From NCBI RefSeq assembly GCF_902459465.1, contig NC_047067.1, forward strand, positions 20,150,001-20,214,000: a DNA stretch of 64,000 nt, in the 5' to 3' direction. The first letter of the stretch is position 1. The number at the start of each line of letters is the position of its first letter. A program made the translations under genes and the position numbers. Shown here one piece after another: positions 54,066 through 63,087 of this stretch. This stretch comes from Asterias rubens. Its lineage: Eukaryota. The notes below the pieces were generated by a model. It made no database searches. It had not been told where the DNA came from and saw only the letters and a list, made by a program, of their open reading frames with translations.

Positions 54066-54608
54066 ATGGCGACAATACTGCACAGACTTGGACTGCTGCG
54101 ACTTTGCACAACAGCTTCAACAACAATACCATGTAGACTGAGGTCATCAGTCCCCAACACCACCCTGCCAGTGGTGCCACCAGATGCAAAAGATACTCAA
54201 GTTGACCACCTACCGAACCCAAACCAGACACCCGGAACTTGTAAAATCCGCAAACTCCATCCAAGGGAAGTCTCCATCCTCTCCGGTAGTCAGCCAGTAG
54301 AGGGCGCCAGACTGAGAAACGATGACCTGCGGTTGATGTATAACGCAGACCCAAACGGTTTCTTTCTAGCGACGACCGAGAATGGAGATGTCGTCGGAAC
54401 TATCGCAGCAGTTTGTCAGAGTGAGACATTGGGGTTCATTGGATTTCATCATGTGGCAGACGCTTTTCAGGTGGAAGGAGCTAAGCTTTGGGAAACTGCC
54501 ATGGAGTATCTGGGCGATCGGAATGTTGGGATAGAGGTTGGGACGCCGGACATTGGCAAATATACAGAGCTTGGATTTAAAGAGCAATGGAGGACTGGAT
54601 GCTTCAAG
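54066..54608 (+). CDS. YitH/HolE (holothin acyltransferase)-like GNAT acyltransferase, coding exon 1
   Basis: ORF with GNAT-like motifs DPNGFFLA...GDVVGTIAAV...LGFIG...KLWETAMEYLGDRNVGI...YTELGF. Acceptor at 54048 and donor AAG|GTAGAA (phase 0). Confidence 0.88.
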
Positions 54609-54885
54609 GTAGAAAGTGAATCCTCAAACGTCTGCCTTGTCATAAAGTTTTCAGAGAGAGGGGTTGGAAGTTAAGAAATTTATTTTATTTTATGAGAGAT
54701 TGCCTAACATCATCACAAGGTCGAAAGGCCACTTGAAGGTAAGGGCTTCACTAACATGATGTTGGCAATGGACCCAAATCAACTGCCACCAGGGAAACAT
54801 TGCCACCTAACTGATCCTGGGGCTGAAACAGGATCACCCCCCCCCCCTTGGGACATTCCATAGAGATGTAGGTATGGGTGTCATT

Positions 54886-55267
54886 GGGAGTGTCGTGGCC
54901 GAGCGGTTAAGAGCACCGAATTCAAACTCTGGTGTTTCTCATCAGCAGAGTGTGGGTTCGAATCCCCAGCTGTGACACTGTGTCCTTGAGCAAGACACTT
55001 AACCATTGCTTCTCATGTGTTGTGTAACGCATGTAAAAGAACCCAGTGCACTTATCGAATAGAGAAGGGGTTCGCCCCGGTGTTCCTGGTTGTGGCTGCT
55101 TAATGCGCCGTAGCACCTTGTAAACCCTTATAAGGTGCTAAATAATTGGGTCTCAGAATTCATCACTGCAATAACCTATCTTTCTGAAAGTTTGTATATA
55201 TACTAAGCGCCTTGAGTACCTTGTTTGGTAGATACGTGCGCTATATAAGACTTCGATATTATATTAT
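54886..55267 (+). mobile_element. Full-length tRNA-derived SINE (family 1) in GNAT intron
   Basis: A box TGGCCGAGCGG, B box GGTTCGAATCC, CORE-like gtgtccttgagcaagacacttaacc, LINE-like tail agcgccttgag...gcgctatataaga, AT-rich end. Confidence 0.85.
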
Positions 55268-55307
55268 CCACTGGGAGCCTGGCCATCCTAACTTTTTACG
55301 ATGTAAT

Positions 55308-55400
55308 TATGCCTTGCTCAAGGGAACAGGTGTCACACGACCAGGGGTTGCACCCACACTCTGCTGTTGGCAACCCTAGAGTTTGGTGAACTGACACACC
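55308..55400 (-). mobile_element. SINE family 1 head fragment, inverted
   Basis: ccttgctcaaggg...cacccacactctgctg is the reverse complement of the head of the copy at 54886. Confidence 0.6.
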
Positions 55401-55650
55401 ACAAGAAAATATTGTACCCTCAAATGACTGAGTTTGGTGTTAAAAAGAAGAACACAAGTACAAGGGGTTGAGTTACTTCAAATATAAGTAGGCCTGTATG
55501 GTTTCCAATGAGGAAAGCATTTCAAGGGCACAAAGGCAACGACCAGGGGCATGGTGGAGGCCATCGTTTTCGTTGCCTCCCTCCATGAAGTATTAGGCCT
55601 GTACACGAGAATTTTCTATGAAACTGATTGTTTCTTTTCTTTCTTATCAG

Positions 55651-55837
55651 GGTACTGGAATTCCCCTTCTACCAGAGGTGCAAAGTAACAAACTCCTGCG
55701 ACCGATTGCCGACATTGGATATGGTAGAGTTGTAGACTTTGATACAGAGATATGTGGCGTGCCAAGGATCAAGTTCCTTCTGAGCTGGCTACAGAATCTA
55801 GGTGGTCCCTCAGGAGCTGCTCAGGCAGTCTTAGAAG
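55651..55837 (+). CDS. GNAT acyltransferase, coding exon 2
   Basis: Acceptor ttcttttctttcttatcag|; translation GTGIPLLPEVQSNKLLRPIADIGYGRVVDFDTEICGVPRIKFLLSWL...; donor G|GTATTC (phase 1). Frame joins exons 1 and 3. Confidence 0.85.
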
Positions 55838-56369
55838 GTATTCAAGAAATTAAAAAGAAAGCTTTATTTTTTTATATTTTTTGTCTGCACAAGAACAAAA
55901 CTGGATGGGAAAAAAGAGATGATAATGAGAGGTTGACAGTAACAAGATAGATTAGCCTGCAATAGAGGCAGCAAATCCTAGAGCAACTGGTCCCCTGTGA
56001 TTCTTCTTTGATCTTAGGGTGACCTTGTAAAAATATGATTCGTTTGAAATGGAATTGCATCAAAATGCTCTTTATGCACGTGTTTGAAGTAACCTACAAG
56101 CACCTCAAACGTTTTTACCAAGCAGAGCAGTTGCTCTTGGAGCCAGTCATTATTGGGAAACAATCAACGTTGGGAGCCACTTTTCGGCGATATCTCAAGA
56201 ATGGTACCAATGAAATTTTCACATATTATTATTAGAATTAAAACAATCGCACAGTTCCAAACCCAAAAGTGCACTCTGCATTGTTGAATAATTATTGTGG
56301 AGTCAGAAACGATGCTACCATGAGACACTTCAACTTGAGATATCAACTATTTTGTATACTCATTTTCAG

Positions 56370-56671
56370 GTAATCGAGTCATTGGGTTTGGCGTAATCCG
56401 CCCCCTGCAGGCAGCCTCCAGCCACCGCATCGGCCCTCTACTGGCAGAAAACGCAGCCGCTACCCAAGTCATCCTTCTGTCCCTCCTCAGTAAGATAGCT
56501 AAGGAGACGCTCTTTATTGACTCGCCTCTTTGTAACCCATCCTTCACTCGGATACTGGAGACGGATTTGAAGATGGAACAGGTCGACGAGAGAGCAAGGA
56601 TGTACTCGAGAGGAAATCCGGGCATCGAAGTTCAGAAAATGTTTGGAGTCCTGAGTAAAGACATTGGATGA
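56370..56671 (+). CDS. GNAT acyltransferase, last coding exon
   Basis: Acceptor cattttcag|; translation GNRVIGFGVIRPLQAASSHRIGPLLAEN...LFIDSP...RMYSRGNPGIEVQKMFGVLSKDIG*, with the IGPL, RMY and FGV motifs typical of the YitH/HolE C-terminal domain. The total CDS is 1032 nt (343 aa). Confidence 0.88.
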
Positions 56672-56694
56672 TTGGAGGGATCAGTGTATGAATA

Positions 56695-56890
56695 GTATCG
56701 AATCCTAGTCTTGATTCTTGTGTCCTTGAGCAAGATACTTTACTTTAATCTTAATCGCTTCTCTTTATCCAGGGGTATAAACGGGTACCTTTGAGCCCCA
56801 TGGCAGCTCGAGAAGGATACTCCCTAAGGAGCTGAGAAAAATTAAAGGAATGTTATTGGCCCAATGACTAGGGCTAGACGTTATTGTGAA
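56695..56890 (+). mobile_element. SINE relic just after the GNAT stop codon
   Basis: tcgaatcc...ttgtgtccttgagcaagatacttta...ccaggggtataaacgggtacc. Confidence 0.55.
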
Positions 56891-56959
56891 TTAAAAACTA
56901 GGTATTCTTAAAGTATCCATCACTGCGTCGCGATTCCCTGGTTGCAGTAAATACTACGA

Positions 56960-57115
56960 GGGTTTCATAGAGCTGCATTTTGCGCTTAACATTTTCCTGC
57001 TGAGCAAAACTTAGTAGAAAACCAGTTACATTTTGTACATGTAAAATGGAACTTCTTCTGGTAAGCATCAGTTTGTTGTGCTTAGCAACTTTTGATTTTA
57101 ACTTCATTTTGGACA
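56960..57115. mobile_element. MITE family B in the GNAT/YEATS2 3' interval
   Basis: tttcatagagctgc...ctggtaagcatcagtttgttgtgcttagc. Confidence 0.6.
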
Positions 57116-57841
57116 TCATGCTCAAAACGACCAAACAAAAACAATCATGAACACAAATTATTTTGTAATATTTTGTGAAGTAAAATTCACTTTTATGCCC
57201 GGCACAACATTGATACTTTTACAGAAAAAAATATGTAAAATACAAGATTGTTAATGGTATAATTATTCAAATTGTTTATGAGAACATCTGTAATGCATAC
57301 ATAAATTAATATTTGAACACCAACAAAACATGTCTCTTGAAATGGAACAGTCCAGATTTCATTTGTGATTTCTATTCTTCTATAACATTGTATTCATACG
57401 CATTCAATAATTGTAAAATATCAAACTCTTGTTTTTATGAATCAACCATTTAGAATCGAGTTTGAAGATAATAAAACAGTGTCCTATTTTCCCATGGAAA
57501 ATTATTTTCCCATTAGTCTTTGCTTTAATATTGCATTCAAATGTAGAGATTACATTTCCGTCTCAAAATTGATTATTTCTGGGCAGGATCACCCGGCACC
57601 GCCCACCGCGGATACAGTACTGATCCAGATGTATTTGTAAAACAATCTTCTTAAGACCGAGTGCCGCCATTTCTTATTGTCTTGGCACTGGTTGACCAAA
57701 AACCCACAGACAAAAATCCTCCGCTTTGCATGTATCTTGATATATGTTCAACAGCAACACAATATGCAAACTATTATGTTTGAGCTGAAATCAGTTTTCT
57801 TTGGTAGATTTTCTTGTCGCTGAAGTTAAACTTATCAGCTA

Positions 57842-57983
57842 TTAGTGGTTGGACGATGAAGACGCTTGACTGTTCTCGGTAGCCATAGCAGCCACTCCCA
57901 GATGTTTGTTGGTCAGGAAGTCAAATTGCTCTGTACTATTTATGGCCTGAAGGACGTGGGTTGAAAGAATCTCCTTTGGAAGT
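57842..57983 (-). CDS. YEATS2: YEATS2 terminal exon
   Basis: RLPKEILSTHVLQAINSTEQFDFLTNKHLGV...* matches the recalled YEATS2 C-terminus (RIPKEIT...FLDFLTNKHMG). Confidence 0.92.
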
Positions 57984-58434
57984 CTGCGACAGAAAATATA
58001 TACAATGAAAACATACAGCATCTGAATGTATGGTAAATTTTTCAAAATTTCTCTAATACATTTATATGTATTTAATAAGCATAAATACTTAAATACAATA
58101 CTTATGGCGCCTGTTTAGGAATACTTTTGTTTTTATAATACACAAGTTTGAATTATTCATCATTGGTTAAGCCATTTGACGAACACTATACAGCCCTGAA
58201 GCATGGTACAATGTTTTAAAAGTTCTGCTTTTAAAAAGTCTTTTTTGAAATACTAAGATTGTTATTATTCCTCCTAGCATAAAATTGACAAGCAACATTA
58301 TCTGCTTCAGCAGCTCTATGAAATTAGGGCATGTGCATGATTTTGGTCATTCTTGTTGAAAGATTCTGCTTCATAAAGACCATGGAGTTTTAGGAATAGC
58401 TGAGAGTTGAGTTCGGAGGTCAATAAGTGCTTAC

Positions 58435-58508
58435 CTATTATCTGTACGTTTATTATAAGCCTTAGATAATGACTTCCGTAGCAGAGAGCTCATGAACTGA
58501 GAAACGGC
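58435..58508 (-). CDS. YEATS2: YEATS2 exon (histone-fold region)
   Basis: AVSQFMSSLLRKSLSKAYNKRTDNR; acceptor ttctgtttcag| and donor AG|GTAAGC, phase 0-2. Confidence 0.85.
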
Positions 58509-58700
58509 CTGAAACAGAAAGAAGGACAGACAACATCAAGTTAAAACACGACGACAAACAATTTAACATTGCTATTACCTTTGATTTTGAATTGCTCGCA
58601 CTTGAGCCCTTTTTCACACCTTGATTCCTCGTGATCAATTTTACGAGTGCGGATTGTTAACTTCTTATCTTAAACTTTTGCAAGCTTTCAAATTACACCT

Positions 58701-58942
58701 GGGGCCAATTTCATAGAGCTGCTAATCACCAAAATTTGCTTAGCACGAAATTTTGGCATCGATAAAAGCAGGATTACCAATCTATTTTCCACGTGATTTT
58801 CAGGATAAGCAAACAACAGCTGAGTACCAGTAACAAGCAATATGCAACAAATGAAAATTTGGTTGGTAATCCTGTTTTTATCAAGGAAGAAATTTCATGC
58901 TACGCAAATTTTGGTGCTTAGCAGCTCTATGAAATTGGGCCC
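58701..58942. mobile_element. Fold-back MITE related to family B in a YEATS2 intron (another fragment at ~58195-58331)
   Basis: ggggccaatttcatagagctgct / agcagctctatgaaattgggccc; inverted similarity extends about 90 bp inward. Confidence 0.8.
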
Positions 58943-59213
58943 AACAGTCCTTGAGATGAGAGTACAAATATAGAGAGCTGACAAAAAAAGGAAAATTTCT
59001 TTTTGGAAGTAATGTTAAAATTACTGCATTTCAACCTTTTGGTTACCCCTTGGGTTTAGATTTCACAGTATACTAGGAACAGTCCTCAACACTACAGACG
59101 ACAATCAATTATGTGGAAAACATAACGGCTGATTTTCTTCACCAGGTCAACTTCAAAAGTCTGAGATCAGATAAAAGTATGAAATTTCTCATCCCTTCGT
59201 TTTGCGGACTTAC

Positions 59214-59288
59214 TGATAGCATGACCTCCTCCACAACAGGGGAAAATGTGTCCTCAGCTAGCTGAGTGGGCTTGAAGCATATTCCAAT
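59214..59288 (-). CDS. YEATS2: YEATS2 exon (histone-fold region)
   Basis: IGICFKPTQLAEDTFSPVVEEVMLS resembles YEATS2 IGITLQP...ASVVEDMILK. Acceptor ttttcttag| and donor |GTAAGT, phase 0-0. Confidence 0.88.
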
Positions 59289-60340
59289 CTAAGAAAAAAA
59301 GTTTAAGAAAAGAAGATCAGCTTACATTGGCCATGGAGAATTAATTCACTTAGGTCTAACAGTTTCTTTTAAGACTTTTACATCAACTAATTATAACTAT
59401 GGTGATAATTATTACTATATTATTGATATTATAATAATTATTATTGGTTATTGAAAATACCCCTAAGGCCTACATCCCCTTCTGAACAGTGCTTGAACAA
59501 GAACATTAAACTAAAAATACTGAATTTACAGGAAATTTCAACGGCTTACTTGAAACAAAGATACGATTAACAACAAAAAGTTTTAAAAACAAATGCTAGA
59601 CACATTTGTATAGTGATAATATACTAAAGTCAAGAGAGATAGACATATACAAATAAACAAATTAATACATTTGTGTCTTGTTGTAAAGACATGGTTATCA
59701 ACAAGTTGTCAAACAAACAATAGACATTTGTGTAGAACATGTTGTACAGAACAGAGAGAACAACCAAAATATAAAGTTCAAAGGTTCAAAAATTTAGTCG
59801 TTAACAAACACGCGAATATTTGTATTCCACTGTATTATATCAGAAAGTCACATTAAAGATTGAAATCAAAATGTACAACAGAATACATTGAAACAATTGT
59901 ATGGGTCCAATGTTGACACGATATTAGCAAGGGAGGTAAAAATTACATATAAATAAATACAAATAAAATATTAAGTAAATTGAAACAGATATATGGGGTC
60001 ATTTGTTTCACCAGTTATTAGCATCAGATGTGAAAGGTACATATTATAAATACATACAGATAAAATAGTCAGCAATCAAGTTTAAAACAAACAAGTATTT
60101 AAAATATGAAAGTACAATCACAGTTATTAATCAAATTCATATGACATAACCATCACAATAATCCTAGTGGAGTTGTGCCATTTCTACAAACTGAGCTATC
60201 TAGCCCCAATGTCGTCAGTCTCCCTATTTTGTCAATATCCTTATTCAGGGGTGCCAGTCAGAAGCCATACAACCTGTGACTGTGGTATACATAGCCAGGG
60301 ATCACACCCAAGTTTACAACAAAGTTTTACACTACAACCA

Positions 60341-60487
60341 CGGCCAAATTTCATAGAGCTGCTTAAGCAGGAAAACTGCTTAAAATCTGCTAAGCAATTA
60401 TAAGCAGGATACCAGCAACAGATAGTACGTGTGAAATGGTATTATGGTTGGTAACCTTATTCTGGTAAGCATAATTTTGTTGTGCAT
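60341..60487. mobile_element. MITE family B, truncated next to a YEATS2 donor site
   Basis: ggccaaatttcatagagctgcttaagc...ctggtaagcataattttgttgtgc. Confidence 0.7.
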
Positions 60488-60494
60488 TTCTTAC

Positions 60495-60733
60495 CTCTTG
60501 AGCTACTTCCTGAATCATCTTATCACCTTTACTTGGCGGAAGGTAGCACCTTATCCTGCCGGGTGTTCCGGGCGACTCCTTCTTGACTGAAACCCGCTGT
60601 CCCCGATCCCACACCCCGATGATATCAATTTCGGCTTCACTATCGGAGAAACTTGCATCGATGGTCAACTGGCGTTGCCGGATACTATTGGCGAGGGCGT
60701 CTGGAACTGTGTAGCTCGTCTGTTTCAGTAAAC
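60495..60733 (-). CDS. YEATS2: YEATS2 exon
   Basis: ...SEAEIDIIG...VKKESP...CYLPPSKGDKMIQEVAQE resembles YEATS2 EEEVDIL...IKKE...FYLPP. Acceptor ctcctag| and donor GAG|GTAAGA. Confidence 0.88.
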
Positions 60734-60984
60734 CTAGGAGAGTAATAATAAAGATAATGAATACTGCAATCTTTTATAGTGCCTTATCTCAGCCCTAGGG
60801 GATGTACCAAAGCATTGGCAGCAAACATTATTTTTGTTTTTCAGCAGGATAAGCACAGCTGTGTTTTGAATTATGAGACCCATTTAAAATGTATGTAGCA
60901 TTCAGCAGGCACTGCTTAAAAACAATGCGGCAAAGCCCTTCTCTAATAGCGGTAATCGTCTAGGTTCTAAGCAATAATGGTTAA

Positions 60985-61248
60985 GCGTCTCCCTCGAGGA
61001 CCTAAGTGTCAAGACCAGCGGCCGACTTCACAAAACGCTAGGATTAATCCTAACGCGAGTTAGGACGGGTAACACGTCATAACTCAATTCGTTTGGATAC
61101 GGAACTGAACCCGTCCTAAGTCCTAAGATTAATCCTAAGTTGGGAAGATTTTGGTGAAATCGACGGTAGGACTCCTACCCACACTCTGCTGATCATAAAC
61201 ACTAGAGCTTGGGTCCAGTGCACTAGATCGCTCAGCCACAACACACCA
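60985..61248 (-). mobile_element. SINE family 1 head interrupted by a MITE
   Basis: aagtgtcaagacc [insert] aggactcctacccacactctgctgatca...cgctcagccacaacac. Confidence 0.65.
61019..61166. mobile_element. MITE (PIF/Harbinger-like) nested in a SINE
   Basis: TIRs cggccgacttcacaaaa / ttttggtgaaatcgacgg; internal inverted taggattaatcct motifs; flanked by CAG/TAG. Confidence 0.65.
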
Positions 61249-61531
61249 AGGTTCTTTTCAGAGTATTTTGGGCATACCAAAAAAAAAACTTTTACTTCAA
61301 AATATTTAGTGTCAAAGAGAAAACATAGTTACTGAACGTTCACTCTGAGTGACTTGAGAACACTCTCATGGGGATCTAACCAAGGTTTATGATACAACCT
61401 GGGAAGCAGCAGCAGCAGAGCGATGAGGAGATGCAAATTTTGATTTCAAATGTAAAGTTTAGCACACAAGTCTTCAGAGAGACCCCCGCCAACTGGATAG
61501 AAACATTGACCATCTAGGAGTCTCATCTCAC

Positions 61532-61648
61532 CTGCAGACGAGAGCCATTTCTTCTTGCATTCATGCTCCTCAACATTGACCTCCACTTTCCCCTTCTCGG
61601 TCAAATCGCCACAAATTCTGCACCATTTCCCTTCAGTCTCACGAACGT
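61532..61648 (-). CDS. YEATS2: YEATS2 exon (CxxC...HxC-containing)
   Basis: Acceptor tttctag| and donor G|GTGAGA; 117 nt, phase 1-1; translation DVRETEGKWCRICGDLTEKGKVEVNVEEHECKKKWLSSA. Confidence 0.78.
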
Positions 61649-61700
61649 CTAGAAATCATGGAAACAAAACGGTTAGCGCATTAGAAACTTTCAATAAACA

Positions 61701-61894
61701 GGGCTCAACTTCATGAACCTGTTAAGAGGAAAATACTGCTTCCCAAGTTTCTTTGCTAAGCAAAAAAATGGCCGGAGAACAAGTCATAACAATGTAAGCT
61801 TTATGGACTTTTGGTGGAAAACAGTTTCTGCTTAGTAATATTTTTCTGTGCTTAGTAAGATTTTGTGCTTACAAGCTTTACCAAATTTGGCCCT
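61701..61894. mobile_element. MITE family B
   Basis: gggctcaacttcatgaacctg / caagctttaccaaatttggccc. Confidence 0.65.
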
Positions 61895-62034
61895 GGTAGC
61901 TACATGCATCATTGCTCGTATATGTCTATCTAATGAAACAATGCAGTGCAAGACCAGTGGTGCCTGTCTTGATCCTTACAGAGAAAGACAGGGGGCCAGT
62001 CTTTGTTTCCGCTCAGCAATCTCATTCTACTGAT

Positions 62035-62247
62035 CTGGGCCCAATTTCATAAAGCTGTTAAGCAGAAAATGCTGTTAAGCAGAAAATGCTGCTCGACTAA
62101 TTTCTTTGCAAAGCAAAAATTGAGTTGGCACCTGCCACAACAGCGCAAACTTAATTTAATGCGGGCTGGTGACCTGATTCTGCCAAGCAATACTATTCTG
62201 TGCTTAGCAAGCTTTTGCGCTTACAGGCTTTATGAAATTGGGACCTG
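62035..62247. mobile_element. MITE family B
   Basis: ctgggcccaatttcataaagctg / caggctttatgaaattgggacctg. Confidence 0.75.
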
Positions 62248-62379
62248 CTGTATATTTCTCCATGGTCTGGATTACACCATCAATTAAACCAAAGACCTTT
62301 TCACAATAATACTCTTTTTAACCCTCCTACCCTTAATCTCCAACCCCACTTCCATGCCATTAACCCCCAACTCCTTTAC

Positions 62380-62598
62380 CTGGTTCCGGTGGGACATGTC
62401 CCTGCTGTCTACACCACACCATCACCTCTTTGGTCGACCACATCCTCTCAAATCGAAGCTTCTCTGATTTCTCCCTGGCTTCATTCGCAATCCGTCTTAC
62501 CGAGACAGCGCGATGCCACTCAGCTGCTCGGCGCTTAGCCCCCGTCCATGAATGGTAATGCTGAAGGGAGGTTGCTGTGAAGGGATGCTCGCTTTGAA
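62380..62598 (-). CDS. YEATS2: YEATS2 exon
   Basis: HPFTATSLQHYHSWTGAKRRAAEWHRAVSVRR...WCRQQGHVPPEP matches the recalled YEATS2 signature (YSWNIGKRRAAEWQRA...WCRCHGYTPPDP). Canonical AG/GT, phase 1-1. Confidence 0.92.
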
Positions 62599-62869
62599 CT
62601 AAATTGAAAAACAAAAAGAGAAAACAACTCAAGAGTTTGTTGCTGTTTACATGATCTTCTCGTCAACTCATAAAAGGGGGGTATAAACACCAAGCTGGCG
62701 ACAGCCAATCTATCTTATACAAACAATAGTTTAAGGGAACTTGGCTAACTCCCATAAGAGGATATAAACGTCAAGCTGGCAACAGCCAATCTCTCTCAAC
62801 ATCTTTGATTATGAATTAAACAAACCAAGAAATCGTGATTCTGTAACTAGACGACAATACTAATTCTGG

Positions 62870-62960
62870 TCATTGTGAAATCAGCGGTTAGCTTGGTAGG
62901 ATTTTGAACCCACAACCTTGTGAATGCATGTCTGAATGGAGTGGTTTTGTCCGACTGTGC
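62870..62960 (-). mobile_element. Degenerate tRNA-like SINE head
   Basis: Reverse strand reads aaggttgtgggttcaaaatcctacc (B-box-like). Confidence 0.4.
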
Positions 62961-63087
62961 TCTGCGAGGAATTTTTACAAGAGTGCACAAAAATAATTTG
63001 TTGAAGTCAGATTCCTTCACCTTTTTAACTTTTGAAGTAAACCTTCAAATTCAGACTGTTATAAAAATTAAATTCAATGTTTCTTAC

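Noticed and set aside
54886-54970. tRNA gene
   Set aside because: A/B boxes are present but there is no cloverleaf or acceptor stem, and it continues into a SINE body.
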